Positions 1 through 13,352 of a stretch of 64,000 nucleotides of DNA are shown piece by piece. Under the pieces are notes generated by a model that ran no database searches, was not told the DNA's origin, and saw nothing but the letters and a program-made list of their open reading frames with translations. Each line of letters opens with the position of its first letter. The first letter of the stretch is position 1. Made by a program: the position numbers and the translations under genes. The DNA is taken from NCBI GenBank assembly GCA_010093815.1, contig ML996582.1, one strand, 5' to 3'. The DNA is from Pseudovirgaria hyperparasitica. Lineage: Eukaryota.

Positions 1-1352
1 TCATTGATACTTCTCTCCATCGTATTCAGGAACTCGTTGAAGGTTCGGTGCAAGCTGACCATGGTCCTTTGGTGCGTCGTTTGCCCAAAGAGCTCAGTCA
101 CAACTTCGCCAATCTTGGTCGATTGTCCACCCCTCTCTAGAAGCTTGATACGGCTAAAGATGCCGTGGACACTATCAAAGATGGTAGTCGGCCGTGTCAA
201 CGCCTTTGCGAGCTCCCGCTTCGCCCAGTCCATGGTCGAGAGTATGCTGTATAAGGTCAGTCACGTGTTATTTCAAGGAAAAAAGACATCTACGTACCTG
301 TCCACGTCACTAGTGACCTGTCCCAAGAACACATTCAGATTCTGCGATAGCTCCATCAGAGTGCCGCTGAGATCGTCCAGCTCGCGGAAGATGATCGGAC
401 CTGATGTCATGTTACTTTGCCGGATGGTTTCTCCCAGGTCCCAAACGGCGATGCTAGTCTCCTGCAGGGTATCGACCTGTCTGAATCCATCCTCAGTGTA
501 GTAGAGTAAAGGCTCATACGATTTGCTTAGTTGCGCAACCATCACAAGATCGGGCGAGGCTGGTTGCTCGGCTGTGGCGAGCAGAAGCTTGAAAGCGATG
601 TAACCTAGCAGTATAACAAGTATCGTGGACGCCTTGGACAGCTTGGCTTCGGTAACCGCATCGTATCTTGACTTGAGCCACAACAGGCTATTTTCGATAT
701 GCTCGATCGAAGAATGTATTTCCCCGCGCATCGTGAACCGGATAACTAGCGACTGTCAGTATGAAGGTCATCATGGCATAGACGCCCACTCACATGAATA
801 CCCTGCGGACGTATGCTGGACGGCTGGAATTTCCTCCTCCTTTTTATCATCATCGTCGTCACCATCATCGTTCCCGTCCTCTGCCCCTTCATGCTCCTCC
901 TCTACGACGCTCAGCTCTCCCACGTTCGGAATGTCATCACGGTCCGGACTGGAGCGAGGAGTCTGGTCTCGAGAAAGCGGTAGTAATATTTGTGTTGGGT
1001 GTAGCGATCTCCTTGAAGGTGACATGGAACGCGACATTGTGGGAGACTCGCTACGACGGACCAGCCCGGCATTGCGATTATACCAGTGTCGAGCTAGAGG
1101 GCCCCAGGTGCTTTCCAACGATGCGCCTCCAATAGACTCGCTGACCGCAGAGTCGCTAGCGACCGAGTACGCATCAGGATCTGTTTCCGAAGGCTCGAAC
1201 GGATAGCCCGAGTACGACAAATGCTCTCCATAGGGAGATTGATGGCGCGTTGGTGTGAAGTCGGAGAGAGGACTGTTCAGGTCTGGGAATGTTGTGCGCT
1301 CGTCATATTGGCTCGCGATGTCGCTGTCGTACATGTCTCGAGATTCGCTCAT
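1..1352 (-). CDS. Uncharacterised fungal protein with a disordered N-terminus, one TM segment and a helical C-terminus; 3' end runs off the window
   Basis: ATG at 1352 (MSESRDMY). Introns 793-746 (GTGAGT..ACTGAC..TAG) and 297-247 (GTACGT..ACTGAC..CAG) join ORFs 771-1472 and 273-731 and an open frame to position 1 (ILSTMDWAKRELA). Hydrophobic stretch ILVILLGYIAFKLLL. Confidence 0.8.
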
Positions 1353-2116
1353 TGTGACTTGTGTGGATGTATGTGTGCGTGTGGGAGGGAAGGAGGGCCA
1401 CAGGCGGAGTGGAGGACCAGAGGTAGATCGAGGAGGACAAGAAAGACCGGAGATTATGGAATATATCTGCAAGATGCGCAGCCAGTCGAGTCGGTCAAGC
1501 AGAGTGTGAATGTCGAGTGTCCAAGTGGATATGTCGAACGCGTTGGCGCGGACAGGTGGGCGCGTCCTTTCCTATGTGTTCTATCACGGCTGCCTGGTGG
1601 GTGGGAATTGAGTCGTTAGTGTTGTAGTAGACAATGAAGCGCGCCATAACATAACGAAGAAGAGAGAGTAGTAGACTCAACTCCTCCATCGAAGAGTGCT
1701 GGAAGTCCGCCAGGCCAGGCCAGCGGACAACTGCAGGGGTGCTGAATCCGAAACGCATTTTATATCTTGCAGAAGTCGATTGGATGGGGATGTTTAGGAA
1801 ATGGAGGGGCTGGAAGGAGGCTGGTTGGTCGTAAGTGGAGAGTAGTGTGGCGGCGTGCAGATGCCTTAAGCTGTTCGTGGCATGGCCGGAGGGGTAGACC
1901 GTTGGCGCCTTGCTGGCCTTGCTGCCTGAATCAACCCGTTCCCCGCTTTCTCAGTCTTCTGGCGTCGAGTATTACCTGCCGTTGCTTGCTGAAAAATAGT
2001 GCAGTAGAGAGTAACATACTGATAAAAGAGAGGGCGTCTTGGACGATTATACTCGAGCTCAAGTGTGTAGCAGCACCAAAAATAAAATATGACAATGTCT
2101 GAAAAAGAAAATATAA

Positions 2117-2229
2117 TGACAAGAGTGGGACTTGAACCCACGCAGATTTCTCTATGCGAATACTAAAGACTTCTGGGAAGCCTAAGACGTATCTTGAGTC
2201 GCACGCCTTAACCACTCGGCCATCTTGCC
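2117..2229 (-). tRNA. tRNA-Leu(CAA) with a ~32-nt intron
   Basis: Minus strand reads GGCAAGATGGCCGAGTGGTTAAGGCG-TGCGA-CT-CAA-G-[intron]-T-TCGCA-TAGAGAAATCTG-CGTGGGTTCAAGTCCCAC-TCTTGTCA. Acceptor stem, D-arm, long variable arm and TTC loop all pair; a T-run terminator follows. Confidence 0.95.
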
Positions 2230-3584
2230 TGATACGAAAGAAGTGTGGTCTTAGTCAAAATATATACGTATCATACTATATTCTCAAAAGCGCGGCATTA
2301 GCGCCAAGCGACTGCACGATTAACACGACAGGACAGTTCCACACGTCTTACCTTCAAAATGAAGGAAAAGTGCCTCTCAAACACCACGCGTGAGATCGCA
2401 CACACGTTCAAATCGCCATACATATATATATATACATTCCTATCGCATGAGGCTCAACACCCACCGGGATCTATGACAGTGCTTTCGCGTGCGTCTGGGG
2501 TCATGCAGCTCCATCAGGTGCAGCTGCAGAGTTGATCTTGATCTCGATCAAACCACTATCTTGTCCAACTTCACAACCAGACAAACCGACTATCAAGCGA
2601 ATACCCAGCCATAACCACACACACTCGTACTCACCGTCTTGCGCAAACCGCGTATATCGGACTCCCTCCCAGCTCGTCCGCATTCTCCGGCCCCTCCTCC
2701 GCAAGCATCCCCAGTCCACAGCTCGCAGTATTGCCAACTTCCATCTTGGTTATTACATAGGTTAGTTGGGTGCCGACAAAAAGCAAACTTTCTTAACCTC
2801 AAAGCCTACGCCGCTGTCGTATGATGCGTGCCATGTGTGTTTGTCTGATTATGCGATGGCGTGGCCGTCGATGCCCGAGTGCATAGCGGTCAGGTCGCAA
2901 AAGGCCTGAGAGCTACGTATCATCCATGTGGTCGTCGTCCATGTGGTTTGTCCATGGATCCGCGTCTTCCGCAGTACGTGCCGCCGCCTGCATCCTCGCT
3001 CGCTCAGCTTTCAACGCTCATGACATACACACACACCTGCTTGTCACGCGGCGCCCTCTTGACCTTGACCGGAGGATTTGGCCAAGCTGGCTGGGCAGGC
3101 GTAGTAGTAAAAAGTGTCCGGGATGAAAGGGCTGTAAAGACATAAAAGGTGGGTGGACAGGCAGAGCAAGGCCAGATACAACCCGAGATCTGCGCCATGC
3201 GACGACTGTGAAGCCTCTTTTCCTCCTCTCTCTGTCTCTATTTCTCTCCCTACAAATCCTCTATCGAGGTTCGGTTTTTTGAGGCTGCTTTTGTTTGCTT
3301 CTTTCACGCAGCTAGCACTCAAGAGAGGCTGGGGTACAAGGTTTGACGTCTGCGGTTCTCTGTCGCCCTGAGAGCTTTTGTCTCCCTCACGCATCTTCAT
3401 CGCATCGCATCGCTATACACTACGTCCATACATATCGACTTCCAACCTTCATCCTCCACCGACCGTCCGACCATCCGCCCGTCCATGTCTCCAAACCAGT
3501 AACAAGCCATACTGGAAACAACGAATCCATCTTCACACTCTACAACCACTCCGACCGGAACCGCAACGCACCAAAACCACCACC

Positions 3585-4262
3585 ATGCAACTCCAACCCA
3601 CTCTCCTCACCCTCCTCATCCTCACCCTCACCCCCCACACAACCGCCAAAGCCCTCCCCTACCCCAATCCACACCCCCTCCCTCTCCCCCAAACCCTAAT
3701 CAACAACGCCCCCTTCTCCGGCGCAATCTACATCGTCGACCCCTCCGGCCAACCCATCACCACAACCACCACCCCAAACACAAACAACCCCCTCACAAAC
3801 CCGCCCGCAAACACCAACATCTGCCCCGCCACCGCCCCCCAGCCATGCTCAAACCTCCTCTCCTGGTGCTGTCCAACAGGCTACACATGCGTCGCCCCAG
3901 CCTCCGCCGCAGGGCTAGTGGGCTGCTGTCCCGACGGCGCAACATGCACGGGCACGCTGGACGTGGCGCTCGTGACGACGGTGACGGTGCAGGTTGCTGT
4001 TGCGCAGGCGCCGCGCACGACGGTCGCGGGCGTGTATGATGGCGTTGGGGGTGTGGTTGTGCAGGGAGGGTATTGTAGTACTTTGACGGTTAGGCAGGCG
4101 GAGGGATTGCCTACTGAGAGGGCTGGGGCGTGTGGGACGATTTTGGTGGTGGGTGCGGGAGGGAGGAGTGTTGGGAATGCGGGGTTGATGGGGGGTGTTG
4201 GGGTGGTGGGGATGATGATGGGTTGGATGGTGGTTTGGTTGAGGGTGCTTGGGGGGTGGTGA
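3585..4262 (+). CDS. Secreted Cys-rich, probably GPI-anchored cell-surface protein
   Basis: ATG 3585 in CACCATG context; signal peptide MQLQPTLLTLLILTLT; Cys cluster C..C..WCCPTGYTC..GCCPDGATC; hydrophobic C-terminal tail. Confidence 0.8.
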   Translation: MQLQPTLLTLLILTLTPHTTAKALPYPNPHPLPLPQTLINNAPFSGAIYIVDPSGQPITTTTTPNTNNPLTNPPANTNICPATAPQPCSNLLSWCCPTGYTCVAPASAAGLVGCCPDGATCTGTLDVALVTTVTVQVAVAQAPRTTVAGVYDGVGGVVVQGGYCSTLTVRQAEGLPTERAGACGTILVVGAGGRSVGNAGLMGGVGVVGMMMGWMVVWLRVLGGW

Positions 4263-4492
4263 GAAGGGAATGGGAGGGGATATGGCGACGAGGAGGAGGA
4301 GGAGGAGGAGGGTGATGAGAGGGAGAAATGAGTCAAGGCACAGGAGAAGGCAGGACGAGGAAAGGAGAGGGATATACAAGGCCCATGAAGTCATGAAGAT
4401 ACGACACACACCGAGCAACCAACTTACCAACCATCTAATAATCCACAACAGCATCCATCAACAAAAAGTCAAGACAGAGCTGGCTACACATT

Positions 4493-4580
4493 CACACATT
4501 TACACATCCACATATCCACACATTTACACATCCACATATCCACACATTTACATATCCACATATCCACACATCCACACACC
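4493..4580 (+). repeat. 24-bp tandem repeat (CACACATTTACACATCCACATATC), about 3.5 copies
   Basis: Units at 4493, 4517 and 4541 plus a degenerate tail. Confidence 0.85.
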
Positions 4581-5286
4581 CACACACATCGTGTGCTGAA
4601 CACATCTACTCCGGCATTTGACGACAAACATATACCAATACGATTACACTACACTGCTACTGTCTATTACTTTGCTTTCTATATGGATGCAATGCCATGC
4701 CGTGCCATGCCTCAATCTCCCTCCTCCCTCTCTCTCTCCCTTCTCTCTCCTCCTCCCAAGACTCTCAATCTCAATCTCAACCTCAACCCCTCACACACAC
4801 ACACTCATCCCCCCCAAATCAGAACAAAACCCATCAACAAAGCGTATATATATCTGCGTATGCATAAGCAAAAGAAACGCCAAAAAACCCCCAAAATGTG
4901 CTATAAATCACGCAGAAAAAAGGGGGCCGCGGGACGACACGCTCAAATAAGTGTGCATTAAAATACAATAACCACCTAGCAGGCAGGTAACTGTATGTAG
5001 TAACACACAAAAAAAAACTCCAATCCGATCCGCTTCAAAACAAAACCCCAATCTAAAGAACCCTCGCTTACTCAAAACAATGCTTCGCTGCGTCGTCATG
5101 GGGACTAATTATTCGTGAGGAGTGGAGTGGAGTGGAGTTTCAGGCGACGGGGGGTGATGGTGTGCGTGTGTGGTGTATAAGAGCGAACAAGGAAGCAAGC
5201 AAAGCAAAGCAAGCCCCTAAAAAATGCAAGGCCTCTTCAAAAGACCCCCAAAAACAACTTTTTTCATGCTTTCAAAGGACCTATCC

Positions 5287-7468
5287 TCACGACAACGGCC
5301 ACCTCGACTTCAGCCCCTCCATCCACCGCCCATACAGCACATCCGCCAACAGCCCAGCATGCTCCATCCCCGGCTGGACATGCCCGGGCAGCTTCTTCTC
5401 GTCGAAGCCGGCGTAGTGCGCAGCAGCCGCAAGATCACGATCGACAGCCCCGCCGACAAACGCGCTCTGGCGGCGGCGATGGTGGCTCTTGAGATGAGGG
5501 TTGTTTTGCGCGAGGACGAGCTTGGTTTTGGTGGGTGTGTCTGGGGCGCCGCTGTCGCGGCGGCTGGGCGTGCTTGGGGGTATGCTGCTGACCTCGCGGA
5601 CGGCGGGTGCTGGGGTGTTCTTCACGGGGGACTGGTGGGTGAATTGGATGCCGAGGGCGGTGGCTAGGCGGGCGTCGCCAGAGACGCGCTCGAGCATCAT
5701 TTTCAGAAGGAGATATTCTCCTTCGGGGTCGACGCGGTCCAAGGCACTCCATGCATTGGCCACTTTGCTCAGAGCTTCTCGTTTCGTTTGGCTTCCTGTC
5801 TGTGCGTATGTCTCCTGCAATGCAGGATCGATTATCTTGGAGAATGCGCGGCGCCCGAGGAGAGCTTCTTTAGTTGCCGGTGGGGGGTGCGCATCAACCG
5901 GCATTAGAGGTGCATTCTCGTCTTGGACTCCTGCGTCTTCGTGGATCGGGGTATTTCCGTCACCGACATGTATGACGCTGTTCGATCGAGACAGAGGCCC
6001 GGGCTGACCATGTTCCTTCTCTCCTGAGACTCGGCGAAATTGCCGGACTGTGGATGGACTGTTGCCAAAGGACATGTCCAGCCCCAGGGGTTGCTTCTGG
6101 CCACTGGCTCTCCTGTTGTCACTCACGCGACGTGCTGTTGGCGTCGAGCCTGACGGTTGCCGTATGGCGGTTGCAAATGACGAACGGCGGGAGGCGGTCG
6201 ACACTTTGCGGACTTTGCGGACTGCGGGGGACGCGGACAAAGTTCCTAGTGGCGTCTCGTTGATGTTGAGCCGTTCCAACAGTGCTTCGGAAATGTCATT
6301 TCCTCCAGATGGAATGCGTGCGAGTTTCCGGCGTTTTGTGGTGTGTTTATTGACAGGCATCTTGACAGTGGATGGTTTGAGTGTGTCAAACACCCACTCG
6401 TCTTGGTCTTCCCGGGGTGATATGTTTTGCATTGTCTCTTCGTAGTATCGTCGATGAGTCTCATGTTCGTCCTCGGACGTGTCGAATTGCTCCTTGCGTA
6501 GGATGAGCTCTCGTAATGTTTCTGTGCGTCCAGCGCGCTGAATGAAGCGGTGTCGTAGCAACTCCTTTGCTGTTGCTCGCCGGTCGGGGTCTTTGATCAG
6601 GCATGATGCGATGAAATCTTTGAAATCCTTGCTCCACTTACTTCCCTCCAACCGTGGTGCTGGTGCCTTGGGTATTAAGAATAGTACCTTCATGGGGTGG
6701 GTCTCAGCATTCGGCGGTGCTCCGTTTGCCATTTCCATTGCTGTTATACCGAGCGACCATATGTCTGCCTTGAAGTCGTAGCCATTTTCCTGAATAACCT
6801 CTGGTGCCATCCAGAACGGCGTACCTACAAACGTCATGCGTTGAGACTTGATGTTGGTAAGCTGCGCAGCAACTCCGAAATCAGCAATCTTGACTCTCCC
6901 ATCCTGTGACAGCAGGGTGTTGGCTGCTTTTATATCCCTATGGATCTTGCCAGTATGGTGGAGGTAGTCGAGGCCTAATAGGAGTTCGCGGCAGATGATG
7001 GCGATATGTGCTTCAGAAAAGGAGCCGGGTTTCAGCTATAATGAATGGGTCAGAGAGGCGCTTTGATGGAGGCATCACTCGACTTACGAGATCCAGGCAG
7101 GAGCCTCCTCCCAGGTATTCCATCACAATCCATAGCTTCACTCCTTTTACAAAGCTCGCCTTGTACTGGGTAACGTATGGACTTTTGCATGTGCTCAGCA
7201 CAGAGATCTCTTGTTGGATCTCAGCAAGGTCATCACCGCTCCCTTCCAAGTCAATCTGTAGACTACGTCAGTCTTGAAGCGAAGTAGCAACCGAACTTAG
7301 TGAACATACGTGTTTGATTGCTACCAGCTCGCCGGTAGACTTCTCGATTGCTTTGTAAACGACGCCGAAACTACCATCTAAACAGAGTGTCAGCATAGAT
7401 CATACTTGCAGGATATATCTGGTCCGCATACTGCCGAGCTCCTCGAGTACTTGATAGTTGTCCGCCAT
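5287..7468 (-). CDS. sid1: STE20/GCK-family Ser/Thr kinase, Sid1/SepL-like (septation initiation network)
   Basis: ATG 7468 (MADNYQVLEELG). Introns 7431-7378, 7309-7256 and 7087-7036 restore GSFGVVYK, VAIK, HRDIKAAN, DFG and TFVGTPFWMAPE. C-terminus LADVLYGRW. The ortholog call rests on recalled similarity to fungal SID-1 N-termini. Confidence 0.85.
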
Positions 7469-9182
7469 TATGGAGAAAGCCGATTGCGGCGAGCTGTAGT
7501 CAGACTAGGGCGCACCGAGAAGTTGTGAAAGCACCACCATGCGCAGCAATAAAGAGAGGCTCACAGAAATAAATCTGTATAGATTAAAATCGTTAAGGAT
7601 ACTCGGGGATGAATGCGCAAAAGGCTGATGCTGGCCGTCATAGACCTTTTACTCAAGGATTGTCGCAGTGTTGTGTCCAAGCCGCAGCTCCAGTGTAATC
7701 GCTATAGCAACCGGCAAAAGGAACGTGCGCATCGATGCCCGCCATGCACATCCCACAATTTCGGACAAAGGGGCTGTGGAGTTCCGAAACGTCCTGATCT
7801 CTCTTTACATGATCAAATGGGTGAATTTCGCGACTTTGTTATGTACAGATATACAGATATTCTCCATAAAGTATGACGCCCATACTTCGGTACGTGAGAA
7901 GCGGCAAGCGTTTATATCTGGCATACACTGCAGCCTACCAGAACCTGATGATGAGGACGGGATGCAGACCCCTATCTGACGGGTACCTGCAATAGCCGCT
8001 AATGACAAGCCCACAGTGTTGATTCATTCGTTGTGATTCGTTACTCTGTCAGGCATCCTGCTTTAGCCTTCACTTGAAACTGTTTACACTTTTCCCTATT
8101 GGGACAGCCACATACCGTGCCTAGTCCGTTAATCGGAATATTCAGGGTCTTTGGATTCTCGATACCGAGGAAACGGCCCGGTTGTCTGAAAGGATTGATC
8201 CGACGCGGAGAGGGCTCGCGGCTCGCTATGGACCTAGAATCCTCCTTCTCGTGGAGCCTCACGATATGCCGTGATGTATATAAATATCCGTACGTATCTC
8301 CATCCTTCCCTGCCTCCAGCCGGCTCCATACTCCCCCATCGAAAGCCAAAGTCGTTGCTGTTGGGCTGGAGTTGGCCATGCCACCAGAGCTTTGACTGCC
8401 TGATCATATGCTTATACGACTCGTAGTCCTATTTCTGGACATAAACACAACATAGTTTTGGCATGCTTGCGTCATAACACTGGCAAACCTGATATTCTGC
8501 TCGGCCATGCCGATCTGGCAGACCTGTCCCTGCAACGCCATAATATATGGCCTTGCCGCGTAACTGTGTTGTCGTGCTTTTTCTTATTGACACCTTGATG
8601 TTCCATGCCACGGCTATTCGAGGGGCACATGTGATGATGCCACAGCCAAGCACCACGGCTCATCCACCAGTAGCATCCTGTGTACCATAATAGTAATACG
8701 CGCATCACTGGACCTTTTGCCGACCATCGCAATGGAAGCCAAACGCGTTTTGGAAAAAGGAGATTCCAGGGCAGACTGGTGACTGTCATAGCGTCTCTCC
8801 CCGCCGTGGATCCAGTCTACTCAAGTACGCCATGGCGGCACCGTGGTAACGAGGACGGTGGAGGATCATCTCGCCGTCTGTCTTTGTCCTCCACGCTCGC
8901 TGCAACACCACAAAAAACTCATTGAGTATCAATGACTTCCACTTTGTTATGGGGTTTGGACTTCTAGGGCCTAAGTCGCTGCCCTTGAGATTCTGTTTTG
9001 TTCTTCCCGCGTGGCGCACCTTGACCCTAGCCGTCTTCTTGCTGACGATTCGCTGGGAGTTTTCAGCCTCCGAATCTTCGTTAGCGTTCCTCCACCGACT
9101 GTTTTCCTATCTCCATTCCTACGCTCCCTTACTGTACAATCGGCATGTTGTGAAGAAGCTATTTCTAGGAGACATAGATACC

Positions 9183-10866
9183 ATGGAGTCCGACTCTTAT
9201 GCGCGCGCAAAGTCCGGTAGACGTCACACAATCGCTCCAATCGACCCGCCTCAACTCGCACCTTCAACATCAGGGGCTTCCAAAACAAACTCTGCCACCG
9301 CGACCGACAGAACACATCCACTACACAGCCCAGCAACCTCTGACACCGTATCACCTTCTCTACCTTCCCATTCAAATCGATCTTCGACGATATACGAACA
9401 ACATGGGCCCACGACAGACCGGCAGTCGAAGCGGCTCTCACTAAATTTTCCCATCCAGCCGCCTGATTCGCGACCCAGGCCGCAATCATGGATGTCTACA
9501 GCTACACCTGTCCTGCCCTCTCCAGAAATACCCGAACCCTTGCCATCGCCGACATCTGGCAATTTTCTTACCTCCCTGGCTGCACAGGAACGACGCGTTC
9601 TCGAACTGAGAGAAGAGTTGCACAAGGCAGAGAGTCAGTTAGGATCGCTTAAGAAACAATGGGCGCTGCATGAAGTGCACCGAAAGCGAACTGAAGTCCG
9701 CACACGAACGCAGTCTTTACTACCACTCAATACATTACTATCGACTGTGCCCAGTCCAGTCGACGACTCCGATGGGCAGTCGTGGATGCAGAAAGATTTG
9801 GAAAGACGTCGGACTCTATTGAGTGCTCCGAAACAGCCGACGAGAACTGTCTTTAGTGGATCAAGACATACCCGACAACTGTCATTGTTGTCGCCAGATA
9901 CCAGCTTCACACCATCCTTTCGACAGCCGTCTGACCTTCTTGACGACAAGCAAGAGACTTCAGATTCCCTCGTTCAGCCGCTCACAAGGTCTTTAACTGT
10001 CTCGGATGTGCCGAAACAGCAGAAAGTGTCGGATGACGGGTTCGATGCGGCGAACGCCCAGGGAGAAGCAATTCTGCGGCAAGGGAAGAAAATGGCCACC
10101 GACTTCAAAGACGGCCTCTGGACCTTTATTGACGATCTTCGTCAAGCCACTGTTGGCGAGGAAGCAGCCAACACTCCTCAGTCTCGAACAAAGCAGAGCA
10201 CCCAAACGTCCAGGAACAATCGTCAGTCCAACAAAGGGAACATGAACGGCCCAAAGAATGGCGCTACAATCAGACCACAGAGTTGGGCACCCCAGAAGAC
10301 CAGCAGTGACGCGCTGATCGACATTGGAGGGTCATTTTGGAAAGAGCACGGTCTTGACGAACCCAAAACCTCTGGGTTGAAGAAGAACAACGCGGCAAAA
10401 CACATGATCAGGACACCTCAGAAGTCGGTGCACCAGGCAGTAGACGACCAGGGCGAGAGCTGGGACTCATGGGAGACTCCGAATGAGAAACACATTGGGC
10501 GGCTCAGCAGCAATGACTCGGGGTCCGAGGGCCGCAGCACACCACGGTCAGCTCGCAGCACGCCTCGGACTAGCACAAGGTTCGATCAGCTCCATGTTCT
10601 CATGAAAGAGTGTTACTGATGTCAACAGCTCAACTGGCGACGTGACCACCGTCCAAACGCCAGTCCATGGCCGTAACGACTCGATAACATGGCCGACACT
10701 AGACAAGCTGTCGCCGACAAATCTGAAGAGAACAGCTTCGCACCTCATGCGAGAGTGGGAAAAGAGCCTCACGCCGACAGCAGAGTCGCGGGACGAACCA
10801 TCTACAGGCGAGGATGTCGACAGAAGTGTAGCTTGTAACACTGGTCCATCCAGGAAGGCCGATTGA
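9183..10866 (+). CDS. Conserved fungal coiled-coil protein (DUF4048-like)
   Basis: ATG 9183; intron 10580-10628 joins the last exon in frame. Motifs FLTSLAAQERRVLELREEL (coiled coil), HTRQLSLL and GKKMATDFKDGLWTFIDDLRQATVGEE. Confidence 0.75.
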
Positions 10867-12328
10867 TTAGGTGTGCGATTGAGCGACCAGTGGATCGGCG
10901 GCCCAGAACGACGTACGAAGTAATGACGATACTCTAGCGAGCGGACTATGATGTTTGTTTGCAAGACTGGGCATTCATAGTCTCGTAGTGTCAGCAGGAA
11001 CAGGACACAGACTTTATTATTCACTTCCACTGTACATATTAGACAGCAGGGGCCTGTGGCGTCTGGGTGGGCATACCGGTGTCTTTTTAGACGAGTTTCA
11101 AAACTTGCACCAAGATTTTTATAAGATCATGCAGCTTCACTTTGTCCTTCTTTATGATGGAGCTATCCACTACGACGGAAATGTGGTGCAGCGCCAGGTA
11201 TAATTTTTTGGCGTGACTGGACATGCCATGCAGAGACGGCTGGCCTTAACATCTAGGCTCCGGGTTGCGATAAGCCGTCAGTACGCTCTTCGTCTTCTGC
11301 ATAGATACATGGATACACAACAATGCAGAACGGATCGTTCACAGTAACAAGACGAGGCACAGCAATGTTTAATTGTTTCACGACAAGAGACACAGTGCCA
11401 CCAGTCGAGTGTTGAGCGTATATACACACCTGTGGACAGAGAGAAGAAGGCCAAGACCTCAACAGGGAGCAGGTTTCGACAACTGCGCCGTGCGTAGGAC
11501 ATCTCCACACACAAAGCGGGACGGGCTTCCTAGAGCGGCGAACGTTGTCTGCATGGTCAGGGTTGTTCTGTGTATGTATAATTACTCTGTGCTCTAGTGA
11601 CTGATACTGAAGGAATCGCCAGCTCGGTGACAATCGGCTGATGGGCGATGACTGATGACTGATGGCCGAGCGCTGCTGACCACAGAGCCGAGACTGGGAC
11701 AAGAATTGGCGGTTCTTAGCAGTCAGTTCCTAGCAGTGCCGGAGCAGATATCCGTGCAATCTAGCTGCTATCGACAGTGTAGTGTCATTGGTGTTGTTGA
11801 GTGAGCTGAGGGCTGGGCAGTGTGTCAGAGAAAGGCGCGATCCGACGCGACGGCACTCTTGAGGGAATTTGTACGGGGGAGTCACTACTCATCACAGCAC
11901 AAGAAGACGACAGGACGACCATGACATTAAAATAATAGTAGTAGTAACAAGAAGAAGAAGGTCCATTATAGTCAATATGAATATGTAGTACGCAGGGCAC
12001 ACTGGGCGGGGTTTCGGTTTCAGTCCCGCAACGCAAACCTCCCCCAAGAGTCCTAAGACCCGCGCACGCGGAATCCACATTATTACTACTACGACGACCA
12101 TACACATACATATATAGATACATGATCCCCTACTGCGGCCGGCGGCCCCATCTGTCCACTCTTATCAGACAATCCAAAGAGCAAAAACGTCAGAGACGCG
12201 AACAAGAAGAGTCAAGCGGCGTTCTTAAGACGGCCAGTCTGCACGTCCCGAAGCCACCACCACCTACAGAGCTAGCACCACCTTTTGTTATTTTCACCGA
12301 CACCACATCTGCCTGCACCACTGACAAC

Positions 12329-13194
12329 ATGTCTTTTACCGGTGAGATTTCTCCTTTTCTCTTTTGCTCTCTCTCCACCCTAAATTGCTTCACTTTGTCC
12401 CGGTAGCGAGTCTGCGCCGTAGAGTCGCTGCTGTGGCCGTCATGGCCCTTCTACCCCGTCGAATGTCATCACTTGCGCTCGGCCTCGGGAGCCGCACTGC
12501 TCCTCTGCGCTGCTCCGTCATCTCACCTCGATCCCTGCGTTTCCCCATATCATCGCAAAGACAATGGCAATGGCACCAAACAGCTAATTGCTCCTCCAAC
12601 TCCTCAGACTCAATCGAACGAGCCATCAATGGCAACAGGTCGTTTGCCCAACGCTTCAAAAATGAAAAGCCAGATCTCTTGAAGGAGCTCATCGCCGGCC
12701 AGCACCCTGAAATGCTCTGGATCGGATGCGCTGACTCGCGAGTCCCCGAGACCACCATCTGCGGCAGCGAACCTGGCGATATCTTCGTGCACCGCAACAT
12801 TGCCAACTGCCTTCATGAGAATGACGTCAACTCCGCCAGCGTCATCGAGTATTCCGTCGCCTTTCTCAAGGTCAAGAAGATTATGCTCTGCGGACACACA
12901 AAGTGCGGTGGAGCTGTTGCTAGCCTTGGCGACGACGACTTGGGCGACACACTCAACACCTGGCTCACGCCCATCCGCGAGATACGCAGGAAGCACCAGG
13001 CTGAGCTTGACAAGATTGAGAACCCCGACGACCGGGCGGTGCGTCTAGCTGAGCTCAATGTTCACAGGGGAATTGAGGTTCTGCTTGCCAACCCGACCGT
13101 TCAAACAGCCATGAAAGAGCGAGGACTCACCGTGCATGGCGCCATCTACGACATTGCAGAGGCTGAGCTTCGTGTGCTCGACACCCCGCAGTGA
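12329..13194 (+). CDS. nce103: Beta-class carbonic anhydrase with two possible N-termini: ATG 12329 via intron 12342-12607, or ATG 12442 with a presequence
   Basis: Zn-binding motifs WIGCADSRVPE and CGHTKCGG; GDIFVHRNIAN; LAELNV. Confidence 0.93.
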
Positions 13195-13327
13195 GCAAAA
13201 CTACCACAATGTGCAACGTTTAGCGTTTTGTTTGTTTTGGAGTGGGAGCGGAGTGGAGTTGAGTCAAGCATGGAGCGGAGCAGCATAGAGGAGCAGCACA
13301 CGAGCCCTGGCGTTGTATTAGATGATG

Positions 13328-13352
13328 AGCAGCAGCAGCAGCAGCAGCAGCA
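13328..13352 (+). repeat. (AGC)n microsatellite in the 3' region of the carbonic anhydrase gene
   Basis: About 8 AGC units. Confidence 0.85.

Noticed and set aside
10900..12200. Possible snRNA or snoRNA in intergenic DNA
   Set aside because: No U1/U2/U5/U6/5S signature or convincing paired C/D boxes were found by eye; an Infernal/Rfam scan would be needed.
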